Shown here one piece after another: positions 29,065-39,559 of a stretch of 64,000 bases of DNA (its first letter is position 1; each line of letters begins with the position of its first letter). This DNA is from Bacteroidales bacterium. GTDB taxonomy: Bacteria > Bacteroidota > Bacteroidia > Bacteroidales > UBA7960. Where the stretch lies: NCBI GenBank assembly GCA_031323845.1, contig JAVIYP010000006.1, positions 6,982-70,981 of the forward strand, read 5' to 3'. The position numbers and the translations under genes were made by a program. The notes under the pieces are model-generated. The model was not told where the DNA came from. It did not search any database and saw only the letters and a program-made list of their open reading frames with translations.

Positions 29065-29976
29065 TTAACCGGGCTTCTGCACATTTTGTGCCAGGGGTTC
29101 GGTATGTACCGATATATGGGTTTCCTCTCCGTATTTTTCACGAAGGCGTTTTTCCAGACATACTGTTATTTCGTGCGCATCCCTGATGTTTAAATGATCT
29201 TTCACATAAATATGCAGATCGATGGCAATATTGCTGCCTATTTTTCGTGTTTTCAGGTCGTGCGGTGCGTAAACACCTTCTACATTTGCTGCGACTTCCA
29301 GTATTTCTTTTTCTTTTTTCCGGGGCAATGAGGTTTCTATAAGTTCCAGCAGCGCCTCTCTGATGATCTTTACAGCCACTTTAAAGATAAAGAAGCTTAC
29401 GATAATGGCTGCCAGCGGGTCGAGTATTACCCATTGACTGCCAAAAAATATTGCCCCCCCAATACCCACCAGGGTACCGATGGAGGAATAGACATCGCTG
29501 CGGTGATGCCAGGCATTGGCAATCAGCACCGTACTTTCTGTACGCTTCCCCCATTTTAAAGTATACCTGAATAATAGTTCTTTAATAACCACAGAAAACA
29601 AGGCGGCATAAAAAGCGATCATGCCGGGTTTTTGCAGCGGGCCTTCATTGAAATGCCCGATTATTTTAACGGTGCCGGAATACAGAATTCCGACACCAAT
29701 GGCGAACAGCACTCCTCCTACGAAAGCTGCTGCCAGTGTTTCCACTTTTCCATGTCCGTACTTATGGTTGCCGTCGCTGGGGCGGGATGCATATTTTAAG
29801 CTGCCGGCAATAACGAGGTCAGTTATGATGTCTGATACTGAATGTATGGCGTCGGCGACCATGGCGGCGCTACGGCCCAGCAGACCTGCCAGTAGCTTGA
29901 ATAAGGTCAGCGCCAGGTTGGCAAAGAAACCTGTCCATATTACCTTACCTGCCTGATTGAAGCGTTGCTTGTTCAT
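29065..29976 (-). CDS. Cation diffusion facilitator (FieF-like)
   Basis: Motifs ADAIHSVSD, HKYGHGK and AWHHRSD. Confidence 0.92.
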   Translation of the reverse strand: MNKQRFNQAGKVIWTGFFANLALTLFKLLAGLLGRSAAMVADAIHSVSDIITDLVIAGSLKYASRPSDGNHKYGHGKVETLAAAFVGGVLFAIGVGILYSGTVKIIGHFNEGPLQKPGMIAFYAALFSVVIKELLFRYTLKWGKRTESTVLIANAWHHRSDVYSSIGTLVGIGGAIFFGSQWVILDPLAAIIVSFFIFKVAVKIIREALLELIETSLPRKKEKEILEVAANVEGVYAPHDLKTRKIGSNIAIDLHIYVKDHLNIRDAHEITVCLEKRLREKYGEETHISVHTEPLAQNVQKPG

Positions 29977-29980
29977 CACC

Positions 29981-30013
29981 AAAAAAAGCAAACAGCCCCG
30001 TATAACAGGGCTG
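29981..30013 (-). terminator. Probable terminator after nqrF
   Basis: On the minus strand: CAGCCC...GGGCTG followed by TTTGCTTTTTTT. Confidence 0.6.
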
Positions 30014-30018
30014 CAGGT

Positions 30019-31278
30019 TTATCCTCCAAAGTCATCAAGGTCAATATTCTCTTCGGGTACACCAAGATTGTCAAGCATCTTGAGTACTGATTCGTTCATG
30101 ATAGGCGGACCGCAAAGATAATATTCAACCTCTTCGGGTTCAGGATGGTCGCTCAGGTAGTTGTCGAGCACCACCTGGTGAATAAAGCCCGTGTAGCCCT
30201 TCCAGTCGTCTTCAGGCAAGGGTTCAGACAGGGCGATGTTGAAGGAAAAGTTTGGGAACTCTTTTTCTATTTTGCGGAATTCTGCTTCGTAAAAAACTTC
30301 TCTCTTCGACCGTGCTCCGTACCAGTAGGATACTTTGCGGCCGGTTTTCAGGGTATGAAAGAGGTGAAAAATATGCGAGCGCAGTGGAGCCATTCCTGCA
30401 CCACCGCCAATATACACCATTTCGCGGTCGGTTTCTTTGATGAAAAAATCGCCGTAGGGCCCTGAAATCATAACCTTATCGCCGGGTTTGAGAGAGAAAA
30501 TATAAGAAGAACAAATACCGGGGTTCACGTTCATGAACTGGTTTCTCTTCTGGTCCCATGGAGGTGTGGCGATACGGATATTGAGTTTTATGATATTTCC
30601 TTCGGCCGGGTGGTTTGCCATTGAGTAAGCCCGGAAAATGGGTTCTGAGTTCACCATCTTCAGGTCCCACATCTTGAGCTTATCCCAGTCTTCCCTGAAT
30701 TTTTCCTCCACTTCTATATCCTTGTAATCCACCTCACAGGGAGGTACATCGATCTGGATATAGCCGCCCGACTGAAAATCAAGCTCTTCACCTTCGGGAA
30801 GTTTAACAACGAATTCTTTAATGAAGGTAGCTACGTTACGGTTTGAAACCACTTCGCACTCCCATTTCTTGATACCGAAGATCTCCGCAGGCACTTTGAT
30901 GTCCAGATCCTGTTTCACTTTGATCTGGCAGCTGAGGCGCCACTTGTCCTGTATCTCTTTCCGTGTAAAGTAGCCTACTTCGGTAGGCAGGATGTCTCCG
31001 GCTCCTGAGAGCACCTGGCACTTGCACATAGCGCAGGTTCCACCTCCGCCACAAGCACTGGGCAGGTAGATGGATTCACGTGAAAGCGTGGTCAGCAGGG
31101 TATCCCCGGCATTTACGGTTATTTCCTTTTCATCGTTAATGGTTACTTTCACCGGTCCGGAAGGCACCAGTTTTGACCGTGCGTACAACAGCACACCTAC
31201 CAGGAGCAGCATTACCAGTAAAAACATGGCTACGCTCAGCGTAATGATCCACAGGGTTCCGACTTCTAATAATACCAT
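30019..31278 (-). CDS. nqrF: Na+-NQR subunit F
   Basis: 2Fe-2S motif [27 protein letters not shown] and C-terminal DDFGG. Confidence 0.97.
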   Translation of the reverse strand: MVLLEVGTLWIITLSVAMFLLVMLLLVGVLLYARSKLVPSGPVKVTINDEKEITVNAGDTLLTTLSRESIYLPSACGGGGTCAMCKCQVLSGAGDILPTEVGYFTRKEIQDKWRLSCQIKVKQDLDIKVPAEIFGIKKWECEVVSNRNVATFIKEFVVKLPEGEELDFQSGGYIQIDVPPCEVDYKDIEVEEKFREDWDKLKMWDLKMVNSEPIFRAYSMANHPAEGNIIKLNIRIATPPWDQKRNQFMNVNPGICSSYIFSLKPGDKVMISGPYGDFFIKETDREMVYIGGGAGMAPLRSHIFHLFHTLKTGRKVSYWYGARSKREVFYEAEFRKIEKEFPNFSFNIALSEPLPEDDWKGYTGFIHQVVLDNYLSDHPEPEEVEYYLCGPPIMNESVLKMLDNLGVPEENIDLDDFGG

Positions 31279-31300
31279 GATCAGCTTGTTTCAGATTATG

Positions 31301-31918
31301 TTACAGTTCAATACCCATAAAGCTCATGAAGGCGATGCCCATGAGGCCTGTTATGATAAAAGTGATTCCCAGTCCGCGGAGTGGTGCGGGAACGTGTGAA
31401 TACCTGATTTTTTCACGAATGGCGGCAATGCCCACGATGGCAAGGAAAAACCCCAGTCCGCTGCCGAGGCCGAAGGATGTGGCTTCTCCGATATTGGCAA
31501 AATTGCGTTCCTGCATAAAGAGAGAACCTCCCAGGATGGCACAGTTTACAGCAATAAGTGGCAAAAATATTCCCAGCGAGCTGTGCAGGGTCGGGCTGAA
31601 TTTTTCAACGATCATTTCCACAAGCTGAACCATAGCTGCAATGATGGCGATAAACATGATAAACGTCAAAAAGCTGAGGTCCACGCTGGCAAACTGCGGC
31701 CCGAGCCAGGAAAGGGCTCCCCTGCCCAGCACGAAGTTTTCGAGCAGGTAGTTGAATGGCACGGTGATGCCCAGCACAAAAATCACGGCAGCACCGAGTC
31801 CTACGCTGGTGTTCACGGTTCTGGACACCGCGAGGTAAGAGCACATGCCCAGGAAGTAGGCAAACACCATGTTATCGATAAAGACCGATCTGACAAATAT
31901 GCTTATATATTCTTCCAT
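31301..31918 (-). CDS. nqrE: Na+-NQR subunit E
   Basis: FLGMCSYLAVS and LPLIAVNCAI. Likely start MEEYI at 31918. Confidence 0.95.
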   Translation of the reverse strand: MEEYISIFVRSVFIDNMVFAYFLGMCSYLAVSRTVNTSVGLGAAVIFVLGITVPFNYLLENFVLGRGALSWLGPQFASVDLSFLTFIMFIAIIAAMVQLVEMIVEKFSPTLHSSLGIFLPLIAVNCAILGGSLFMQERNFANIGEATSFGLGSGLGFFLAIVGIAAIREKIRYSHVPAPLRGLGITFIITGLMGIAFMSFMGIEL

Positions 31919-31952
31919 GTTCCTTTGGTTTAATATTCTAAAAAAATGTGTG

Positions 31953-32615
31953 TTAACTGATATCCACCAGTTCACGTTCCCTGCTTCTGTGCACCCAGAT
32001 GATGACGCCTACCGTGATCAGTGCCATGGGGGGCAGAATCATGAAGCCGTTGTTTTCGTAGCCGATCTGATAAAGGAAGTCAGGGACTACCTGGTATCCG
32101 AACAGGGTTCCTGAGCCGAGCAGTTCACGGAAGAAGCCCACGGCAAGCAGCACCCATCCGTAGCCTGCAGCATTCCCGACACCATCAAGGAATGAGGGCC
32201 AGGGCTTATTGTTCAGTGCAAAGGCTTCAAGACGACCCATAATGATGCAGTTGGTGATAATAAGCCCGACAAAGACCGACAGCTGACGGCTTACATCATA
32301 TACAAAGGCCTTGAGTACCTGGTCGACCAGGATTACGAGGGCGGCAATAACCGTAAGCTGTACAATGATCCGGATACGCGGCGGTATGCCTTTGCGCAGC
32401 AGGGAGATAATGACGTTGGCCAGTCCCATGACGGTAACCACGGAGATTGCCATCACCAGTGATGTCTTCAGCTGAACGGTGATGGCCAGCACCGAACAGA
32501 TGCCGAGCACCTGCACTGTAATGGGGTTGTCTCTGTTGAGCGGGTTGCTCAGGAGCTTTTGGTTCTGTCGTGAGAACAAAGCTTCTTTTGGGGTGTTGTT
32601 ATTCTTTTCGCTCAT
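31953..32615 (-). CDS. nqrD: Na+-NQR subunit D
   Basis: NPITVQVLGICS and LIITNCIIMGRLEAFA. Confidence 0.96.
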   Translation of the reverse strand: MSEKNNNTPKEALFSRQNQKLLSNPLNRDNPITVQVLGICSVLAITVQLKTSLVMAISVVTVMGLANVIISLLRKGIPPRIRIIVQLTVIAALVILVDQVLKAFVYDVSRQLSVFVGLIITNCIIMGRLEAFALNNKPWPSFLDGVGNAAGYGWVLLAVGFFRELLGSGTLFGYQVVPDFLYQIGYENNGFMILPPMALITVGVIIWVHRSRERELVDIS

Positions 32616-33304
32616 GATGTTCTGATTTTTTCGAAGTATGACTGATAAACGTTCAAGCCGTCGCGCAACATATTGGTGACGCCGTTTGAGGTTATGGTAC
32701 CGCCGGAGATTCCGTCAACGGCATGCAGGTCGCCGACGGGGGCGCGGCCTTTCACTACCCTTACGGGATGGAAGTTTCCGGCCTCGTCAAAAATTCGTTT
32801 GCCGGGAAACTGCTCCTGGAACTCCTTATCGGCGATTTCCGCACCAAGGCCTGGCGTTTCGGAGGCATGGTCAAAAACCGCACCGGCAATGGTTACCAGA
32901 TCCGACTCCAGTCCGACATAGCCCCAAATGGGGCCCCACAGCCCGTTTCCTCTCACCGGCACAATATAAAATGTTTCACCTCGCAGTTCTGCGATGAAAA
33001 CAGGCAGCTGGCGGTCTGCCACATCTTTCCTGTTCTCATCCTGAAGGTCAACTTCAAAAGCATCGCCTTCCAGTTCTTGGCCGAGGTGGTTTACAATTTT
33101 TGCAACGGTGACATATTGCGCAAACAGCGCTTCAGCTTCTGCACGCGGTGCGGTGATGTTAATGGCTGCCAGGATGTTTTGCATCTTTTCAATACGCATA
33201 TTCCGTTCCTGCAAAGGCCTGAGTAAGGTTGCAGCAGCCGAAAGCACAAGCGCTACAACCACTACCATCGTTGAAGCATAGATAAACACATAACGGTTTG
33301 ACAT
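32612..33304 (-). CDS. nqrC: Na+-NQR subunit C
   Basis: GLWGPIWG, ETPGLG and the FMN site DGISGGTITS. Confidence 0.95.
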   Translation of the reverse strand: MSNRYVFIYASTMVVVVALVLSAAATLLRPLQERNMRIEKMQNILAAINITAPRAEAEALFAQYVTVAKIVNHLGQELEGDAFEVDLQDENRKDVADRQLPVFIAELRGETFYIVPVRGNGLWGPIWGYVGLESDLVTIAGAVFDHASETPGLGAEIADKEFQEQFPGKRIFDEAGNFHPVRVVKGRAPVGDLHAVDGISGGTITSNGVTNMLRDGLNVYQSYFEKIRTS

Positions 33305-33324
33305 GGTATTTTACTTTTTCTTGT

Positions 33325-34494
33325 TTATGCCTGAACTTTTACATGGGTTAACCGGCGCAGTCGTCGCCTGATATTGGCTTGCACCACATAATGGTCAATC
33401 AGCGGTGCAAACACGTTCATAAAGAGAATGGCCAGCATCATACCTTCGGGATAGGCGGGGTTAACGACGCGAATCAGAACTGTGATAACGCCTATAAGAA
33501 AACCGTAGATATACTTCCCGGTGCCGGTTTGCGACGCTGTTACGGGGTCGGTAGCCATATATACGGCGCCAAAGGCAAAGCCCCCCATGATGAGATGGTA
33601 ATAGGGCGGGATGGCCATAAAGTCATTCACTGCAAACAGGTTAAAAAGGGCCCCCATGGCAAGGCCACCGGCAACGACCGACAGCATGATGCGGAGGCTG
33701 CCCACACCGGTTGCCACCAGTATGAGAGCGCCAAGCAACACGGCCACGGTTGAAGTTTCTCCGATGGAGCCGGGTATGGTACCCAGAAACATTTCAAAGG
33801 CCGATGGCAGATGCTGTACTTCCCCGGCGGCCAGAACGGCAAGGGCTGTTGCCCCTGAAAAACCGTCAACAAGCTGCTGGCCTTCCTGCAGTGTGGTGTC
33901 TATCCAAACCTCTCCCGACAAATAGGAGGGATAGGCAAAAAACAAAAAGGCCCTGGCCAGGAGTGCTGGGTTAAGAATATTCATGCCGGTGCCGCCAAAC
34001 ACCTCCTTGCCAATGATCACGGCAAAAACCGTAGCCAGCGCAACCATCCACAACGGCGTGGTAACGGGTATGACCAACGGTATCAACAAACCCGAAACCA
34101 AAAACCCTTCATTGACTTCATGATTACGGATGGTGGCAAAAATAAACTCCACAATCAGCCCGGAGGCATAGCTAACTACAATGAGGGGTAACACCCTGAT
34201 GAGACCAAAAAGCACCTGGTCCAGGAAATCCACTTCCATTCCGAGGGCCAGGTAATGCTGGTACCCGACATTCCAAATGCCGAACAACATCACAGGGACC
34301 AGGGCAATGACCACATGAAACATGGTGCGCTTCATATCCATGGCATCGCGGATATGACTGCCTTTTCGGGTTACATTTCCCTGCACAAACAAAAAGGTTT
34401 CGAAGGCTTCAAAGGTTCTGTAAAGCTTCTCAAAACGGCCTCCCTTTTCAAAGTTTGGTTTGACCTTTTCAATTAAATTATGCAATGCTTTCAA
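33325..34494 (-). CDS. nqrB: Na+-NQR subunit B
   Basis: KEVFGGTG.N..NPAL, the FMN site SGAT, GSIGETS and MATDPV. TTG start. Confidence 0.96.
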   Translation of the reverse strand: MKALHNLIEKVKPNFEKGGRFEKLYRTFEAFETFLFVQGNVTRKGSHIRDAMDMKRTMFHVVIALVPVMLFGIWNVGYQHYLALGMEVDFLDQVLFGLIRVLPLIVVSYASGLIVEFIFATIRNHEVNEGFLVSGLLIPLVIPVTTPLWMVALATVFAVIIGKEVFGGTGMNILNPALLARAFLFFAYPSYLSGEVWIDTTLQEGQQLVDGFSGATALAVLAAGEVQHLPSAFEMFLGTIPGSIGETSTVAVLLGALILVATGVGSLRIMLSVVAGGLAMGALFNLFAVNDFMAIPPYYHLIMGGFAFGAVYMATDPVTASQTGTGKYIYGFLIGVITVLIRVVNPAYPEGMMLAILFMNVFAPLIDHYVVQANIRRRLRRLTHVKVQA

Positions 34495-34540
34495 TGTTCA
34501 ATTTTTTTTATGATTCACTGTCCGATAATTCTCATGTTTG

Positions 34541-35902
34541 TCAGGCAAACTCTTTAATCATAACATCCAGACCTTCCCTGATGATGCTCTGCATTTCAAT
34601 TTTGGAAGGACACACATATTCACAGAGCGCAAAATCTTCGGGAGCCACTTCATAGATGCCGAGTTTTTCCATCATATCGATGTCGTTGATCATGATCGAT
34701 TTGATCAGCTGCATCGGAAGGATGTCCATGGGGAGCACCTTTTCGTATAAGCCTGTAATGACGAAGGGCCGTTCGCCACTGCGGATGTTGGTGTTATGAC
34801 GGTATTTTTTCCAGGGCATTAAAAATGAAAAGAAGGTCCGCGATACGCTGAATTTATCCGGCTTTGGTATAAGCCATCCCAGCAGTTCGGGTTGGTTGCC
34901 TTCGGGGATCACCGTGACCTGGTCGTCATAATAGCCGACAAAGCCTTCAAAGTCAATCTTTTCCCCGGACAGCACGTCGCCGCTGATATAGCGCGGCTGC
35001 ACAGAGGCTTCGGTGCGGATGTTGTTTTCTGCAAAGGAGCTCAGCATGGCACCGCTGATTATCTTGTAATATCGGGGGTTCAGCACCTCCGGCCCGGTAA
35101 GCGCAACAACACGGCGGGCATCATAAATCCCCTTGCTGAAAAGAATACCTATAATAATGACATCCTGCACATCCAGTTGCCATACCACTTCACCTTTGTT
35201 CAGCGGTTTAATGTGATGGATCTGGATGCCGACATTGCCGGCCGGATGCGGGCCGTCAAAACGGACCGTTTGTACACCCCGTGCGTTGGTATAAGCTTTT
35301 GACGTTGTTTCTGAAGCGTGAAGGCCAAGATAAACATCGCCGTCGGTAAGCCTTGACAACACATCCAAGCCGGCCTGAAAGGCATCTTCGCGGCCGTTAA
35401 CCACAAAATCCATATCGGGAGACAGGGGTGCCGTTTTAAATGCGCTGATGAAAACATCCCTGGGTTGGCTGGCCGGGTCGGCAATTATTGAGTACGGTCT
35501 CTGCCTGATCACAGGCCACACACCGCTCTTCAGCAGTTTTTCAACAATCTGATCGCGCGACAATGTATTGACGGGCTCCGTTCCAAAATCAACATATTCA
35601 TCGGTGGCGTCAGGCTGTATCCTGACTTCCATGATCCGGCGCTTGGGGCCGCGGACCAACTGCGAGAAGGTGCCGCTGACAGGAGAGGTAAAGAGGATGT
35701 CCTCGCGGTACTTGTCAAAAAACAAGGGCGTGCCGGCCTTGACCCTGTCACCTTCCTTAACCAGCATTTTAGGCACAAGGCCGTGAAAAACCGGTGGCCT
35801 CAATGCATACTCCGGAGACCGGGGCGGCGTTTGCAGAATTTTTTCCGCTTCACCAATCAACGGAATCGTCAAGCCTTTTCTGATCCTGATAACTTTCGAC
35901 AT
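34541..35902 (-). CDS. nqrA: Na+-NQR subunit A
   Basis: GPHPAGNVG and EDFALCEYVCPSK; first gene of the nqr operon. Confidence 0.95.
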   Translation of the reverse strand: MSKVIRIRKGLTIPLIGEAEKILQTPPRSPEYALRPPVFHGLVPKMLVKEGDRVKAGTPLFFDKYREDILFTSPVSGTFSQLVRGPKRRIMEVRIQPDATDEYVDFGTEPVNTLSRDQIVEKLLKSGVWPVIRQRPYSIIADPASQPRDVFISAFKTAPLSPDMDFVVNGREDAFQAGLDVLSRLTDGDVYLGLHASETTSKAYTNARGVQTVRFDGPHPAGNVGIQIHHIKPLNKGEVVWQLDVQDVIIIGILFSKGIYDARRVVALTGPEVLNPRYYKIISGAMLSSFAENNIRTEASVQPRYISGDVLSGEKIDFEGFVGYYDDQVTVIPEGNQPELLGWLIPKPDKFSVSRTFFSFLMPWKKYRHNTNIRSGERPFVITGLYEKVLPMDILPMQLIKSIMINDIDMMEKLGIYEVAPEDFALCEYVCPSKIEMQSIIREGLDVMIKEFA

Positions 35903-36032
35903 AACTGGAATGGTTTCATAAAATAATGCAAGACAACAAAATTATAGATATTTTTAAATACCTGAATCTATTTCTATACGTTTTTCATTATATTAGCCAG
36001 TAAAAGAAATTTTTCTAACCCATTCAGCCAAC

Positions 36033-37355
36033 ATGTATTGCTTACTCTTTTCTTTATTGAACCACATCCGGCGCCAAACCGTGTTTTTTATCATTGTGCT
36101 GGTTCTATTCGGATCCGGCACCTATGCGGCCACTTCCAATAAAGACTTTTTTCTTTATGGAGATTTTATTCATAAAAACAACATCCGAACGGTTTTGTTT
36201 AGTCAAAAAGACTTCGAACTGTCCGACCCTATCATCAGGCTCAATTCCAACGATAAACTGATTCTTCGTTTCGACGACCTGGACGCCGACTATAAACACT
36301 ATTCATACACGATCATTCACTGTGATGCCGACTGGAGCGTTTCTGACCTTAGAATATATGACTATATTGATGGCTTTTATGAAGATGAGATCCGGGATTT
36401 CAGGTTTTCCATCAACACCAGGGCTCCTTTTACCCACTATTATCTCGAATTCCCAAACCACAATATGCGGCCGCTCAGGTCGGGGAATTACATTCTGAAA
36501 GTGTTTGTGAACGGCGACCCCAACCACGTTGCGTTCACAAGAAGATTCATGGTGCTTGAAGAAAGGTTGTCGATACAGGGACACGTGCAGCAGGCCAACC
36601 TGGTACGCTACCGTGACCGCAAGCAGCAGCTTCTTTTTTCCATCAATCCGGGCAACTACCGCATCACGAATCCTTATCGTGATCTTAAGGTTGTAATCAC
36701 CCAGAACGGCAGGTGGGACAATGCCATCCAGGATCTTATGCCCAGAACCATACAGGGAAATACATTGCTGTACGACCATGAAGACAAAACCTTGTTTGAA
36801 GGGGGGAATGAATTCAGACGCTTTGACATTCGCAGTTTACGTTCTTTGTCGGAGAGGCTTCAGGACATCACTTCATCCAGAAGGCATTGGGATGTATTTC
36901 TGACGCCCGACCACAGGAGGGTCTTTCACAGGTATGTAAGCGATGACGACATTAACGGGCGTTTTATGATAGAAACACGGGATGCGCGCGATAAGCACCT
37001 TGAGGGCGACTATGCCTGGGTGCATTTTAAACTGCCCATGGATGCACCGCCCGATAAAGGATATTTATATGTGATGGGAGCCCTCACCGACTGGCACCTT
37101 TCCGAAGAGAGCAAAATGAATTATAACTACGGTGAAAAAGCATACGAATTAAGCCTTCTGCTGAAGCAAGGGTATTACAACTATATGTATGCCTATGTTG
37201 AAAAGGAAGAAGGACCGGTGGATGTTATGTTTGCGGAGGGCAGCCATTCGCAGACAGAAAATGACTACAGCATATTTGTGTACCACAGGGAACCCGGTGA
37301 CCTTTATGACAGATTGGTGGGGTTTATGCGAATGAACTCCGGTGTGCCCAGGTAA
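36033..37355 (+). CDS. DUF5103 protein (T9SS Plug-like)
   Basis: Signal peptide and motifs HCDADW, SGNY, GGNEFRRFD, LKQGYYNY and TENDY. Confidence 0.75.
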   Translation: MYCLLFSLLNHIRRQTVFFIIVLVLFGSGTYAATSNKDFFLYGDFIHKNNIRTVLFSQKDFELSDPIIRLNSNDKLILRFDDLDADYKHYSYTIIHCDADWSVSDLRIYDYIDGFYEDEIRDFRFSINTRAPFTHYYLEFPNHNMRPLRSGNYILKVFVNGDPNHVAFTRRFMVLEERLSIQGHVQQANLVRYRDRKQQLLFSINPGNYRITNPYRDLKVVITQNGRWDNAIQDLMPRTIQGNTLLYDHEDKTLFEGGNEFRRFDIRSLRSLSERLQDITSSRRHWDVFLTPDHRRVFHRYVSDDDINGRFMIETRDARDKHLEGDYAWVHFKLPMDAPPDKGYLYVMGALTDWHLSEESKMNYNYGEKAYELSLLLKQGYYNYMYAYVEKEEGPVDVMFAEGSHSQTENDYSIFVYHREPGDLYDRLVGFMRMNSGVPR

Positions 37356-37392
37356 GTCAACATGCTGACAGGGCGTGTAACCTCAAAAGCCA

Positions 37393-37599
37393 TCAACCGC
37401 CACTGATCAGGTGTATCACCTGCACCTCATCGCCGTTACTAATGACAGCGCTTTCGTATTCAGATGGTTTTACTGCCCGGCCGTTGATCCTTACCACCAG
37501 GAATTTAAAAGTATAGTTTTTATATTCCAGCAACTCTTTCACCGACATTTCTTCCCTGCCGGCAATGTGTTCTTCACGGTTGTTAAGAGTTATATTCAT
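37393..37599 (-). CDS. thiS: ThiS/MoaD-like sulfur carrier protein
   Basis: About 68-aa ubiquitin-like protein ending GDEVQVIHLISGG. Confidence 0.8.
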   Translation of the reverse strand: MNITLNNREEHIAGREEMSVKELLEYKNYTFKFLVVRINGRAVKPSEYESAVISNGDEVQVIHLISGG

Positions 37600-37636
37600 T
37601 CCATCCATAATAACGATCCTGCATCCTTTTCCCTGA

Positions 37637-38152
37637 TTAAAAACTTTTGCGTGCTTCGCTTTTCAAAAAATCAATGGCTTCCCTGGTCGCTGATTTTGCC
37701 AGCTCTGCTTCAAGCAACTTCCTGCTCAGCATGCCACTGTCGGCTTTGTCATCCAGCGAAGCAGCCAGCGCATTGACCTGCGCGATTATTTCCTCGCAGG
37801 CACCCGCCGTTAACTCCCATGCTTTTGCAGAAACGTACACCTGCTGTGAAAGGTTATGGGAATATTCGTCACGGACCACCTTAAGCAACTGCAGCTGAAA
37901 CTCCCTCACGGTTAATCCCTGCCGGTGAACACGCGCAATCAGGCTGTTGGGAGAGATCCTCTCAAGGAAAATCACCAGCCTTTCGTAGGCCTGCAAGCGC
38001 AAAGGCAGGGATATACGCATGCGCTCGGCCATCAGGTTCATATGTCTGCGACTCTGTTCATTCCTGAAAAATTCCTTCAAAAGAAAGTAAGCCGTGACAA
38101 ATACTACTACCGAAGGCAACACATAGCTAACAATGCTCCAGAGATCATCCAT
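37637..38152 (-). CDS. Conserved Bacteroidota hypothetical membrane-anchored protein
   Basis: N-terminal TM helix; LRLQAYERL..FLERI and EY.HNLSQQVYVS motifs. Confidence 0.75.
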   Translation of the reverse strand: MDDLWSIVSYVLPSVVVFVTAYFLLKEFFRNEQSRRHMNLMAERMRISLPLRLQAYERLVIFLERISPNSLIARVHRQGLTVREFQLQLLKVVRDEYSHNLSQQVYVSAKAWELTAGACEEIIAQVNALAASLDDKADSGMLSRKLLEAELAKSATREAIDFLKSEARKSF

Positions 38153-38338
38153 AACTTCACTTTTTAAAACTATTGTTGCAGATTAGTCCGGGCCATTAAG
38201 CACACAAACTTTTGTTACAAATATAGTCTCTTTTGGTTAATCCGTAGTTTTTGCTATTTTTGCGGCTTCTCAGCACTATTATTTTCGAGACACCAGATTA
38301 TTGAAAAACAAATTGTTTCATCACTTTTTTTTAAGGAC

Positions 38339-39532
38339 ATGATCTATTTATCTGACCGCATAAACCAGCTTTCAGAATCCGAAACATTAGCCATGTCGCG
38401 GATGAGCCGTGAGTTAAAAGCCGAAGGCCATGATGTGATTAACCTGAGTGTAGGCGAACCTGATTTTTTCACGCCTGACGTTCTCAAAGAAGCCGCAAAG
38501 CAGGCCATCGACGACAATTATTCATTTTACACCCCCGTTAACGGCTACCAGGATCTTCGTGAAGCCATTTGCAGGAAGCTGCTCCGCGACAATGATCTTC
38601 GGTATACCCCAGACCAGATCGTTGTCAGTACCGGTGCCAAGCAAAGCATTGCCAACGCCATGCTTTGCCTTGTCAATCCCGGTGATGAAGTGGTTGTGCC
38701 CGCGCCCTACTGGGTCAGTTACAAAGAAATCGTCAAAATGGCTGAAGGTAAAGCAGTTTATATCAATGCCGGAATTGAAAATAACTTCAAGATCACACCC
38801 GAACAGCTTGAACAAGCCATTACGGAAAAGACCAGGGCCTTTATTTTTTCAAGTCCGTGCAACCCCAGCGGGTCGGTTTACTCCCGCGAAGAACTGGAAG
38901 CGCTGGCCCGGGTTTTTGAACAACATCCGAACGTTTACATCATAGCCGATGAAATATACGAACACATTAATTTCAGTGGCAAGCATGAAAGCATTGCCCG
39001 GTTTTCCGCCATCAGGGAAAGGGTGATTCTGATCAATGGCGTGTCGAAAGGCTTTGCCATGACAGGGTGGCGTGTAGGCTATATGGCTGCTCATCCAGAC
39101 ATCGCCAAAGCCTGTACCAAACTGCAGGGGCAGGTAACCTCCGGCACCTGTTCCATTGCCCAGCGTGCCGCCCTGGCTGCCATGGAGCTGCAGCCCGGCG
39201 TTACCCGGCATATGCTTGAAAAATTCAGAGAAAGACGCGACATGGTGCTGAGCCTGCTCCGGGAAATTCCCGGCATCGGGTGCAATGTTCCCGACGGAGC
39301 CTTCTATCTCTTCATCAACATTAAAGCATACCTCGGCAAATCCGACGGAGACCAGCTCATCGACAATGACGCCGCCTTGTGCATGTACCTGCTCAAAAAA
39401 GCCCACATTGCCCTTGTGCCGGGCAGTGCATTCGGTGACGGCGACTGCATCCGTTTTTCCTATGCCACTTCGGATGAGCTTTTGACAGAAGCTGTAGAAC
39501 GCATGAAAAATGCTCTTGCAAAGCTAAAATAA
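38339..39532 (+). CDS. aspC: Class I PLP aminotransferase (aspartate aminotransferase)
   Basis: Motifs GEPDF, GAKQ, SPCNPSG, DEIY and SKGFAMTGWRVG. Confidence 0.92.
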   Translation: MIYLSDRINQLSESETLAMSRMSRELKAEGHDVINLSVGEPDFFTPDVLKEAAKQAIDDNYSFYTPVNGYQDLREAICRKLLRDNDLRYTPDQIVVSTGAKQSIANAMLCLVNPGDEVVVPAPYWVSYKEIVKMAEGKAVYINAGIENNFKITPEQLEQAITEKTRAFIFSSPCNPSGSVYSREELEALARVFEQHPNVYIIADEIYEHINFSGKHESIARFSAIRERVILINGVSKGFAMTGWRVGYMAAHPDIAKACTKLQGQVTSGTCSIAQRAALAAMELQPGVTRHMLEKFRERRDMVLSLLREIPGIGCNVPDGAFYLFINIKAYLGKSDGDQLIDNDAALCMYLLKKAHIALVPGSAFGDGDCIRFSYATSDELLTEAVERMKNALAKLK

Positions 39533-39559
39533 ACCCGTGCAGACTTTCGTTTCCTAACA

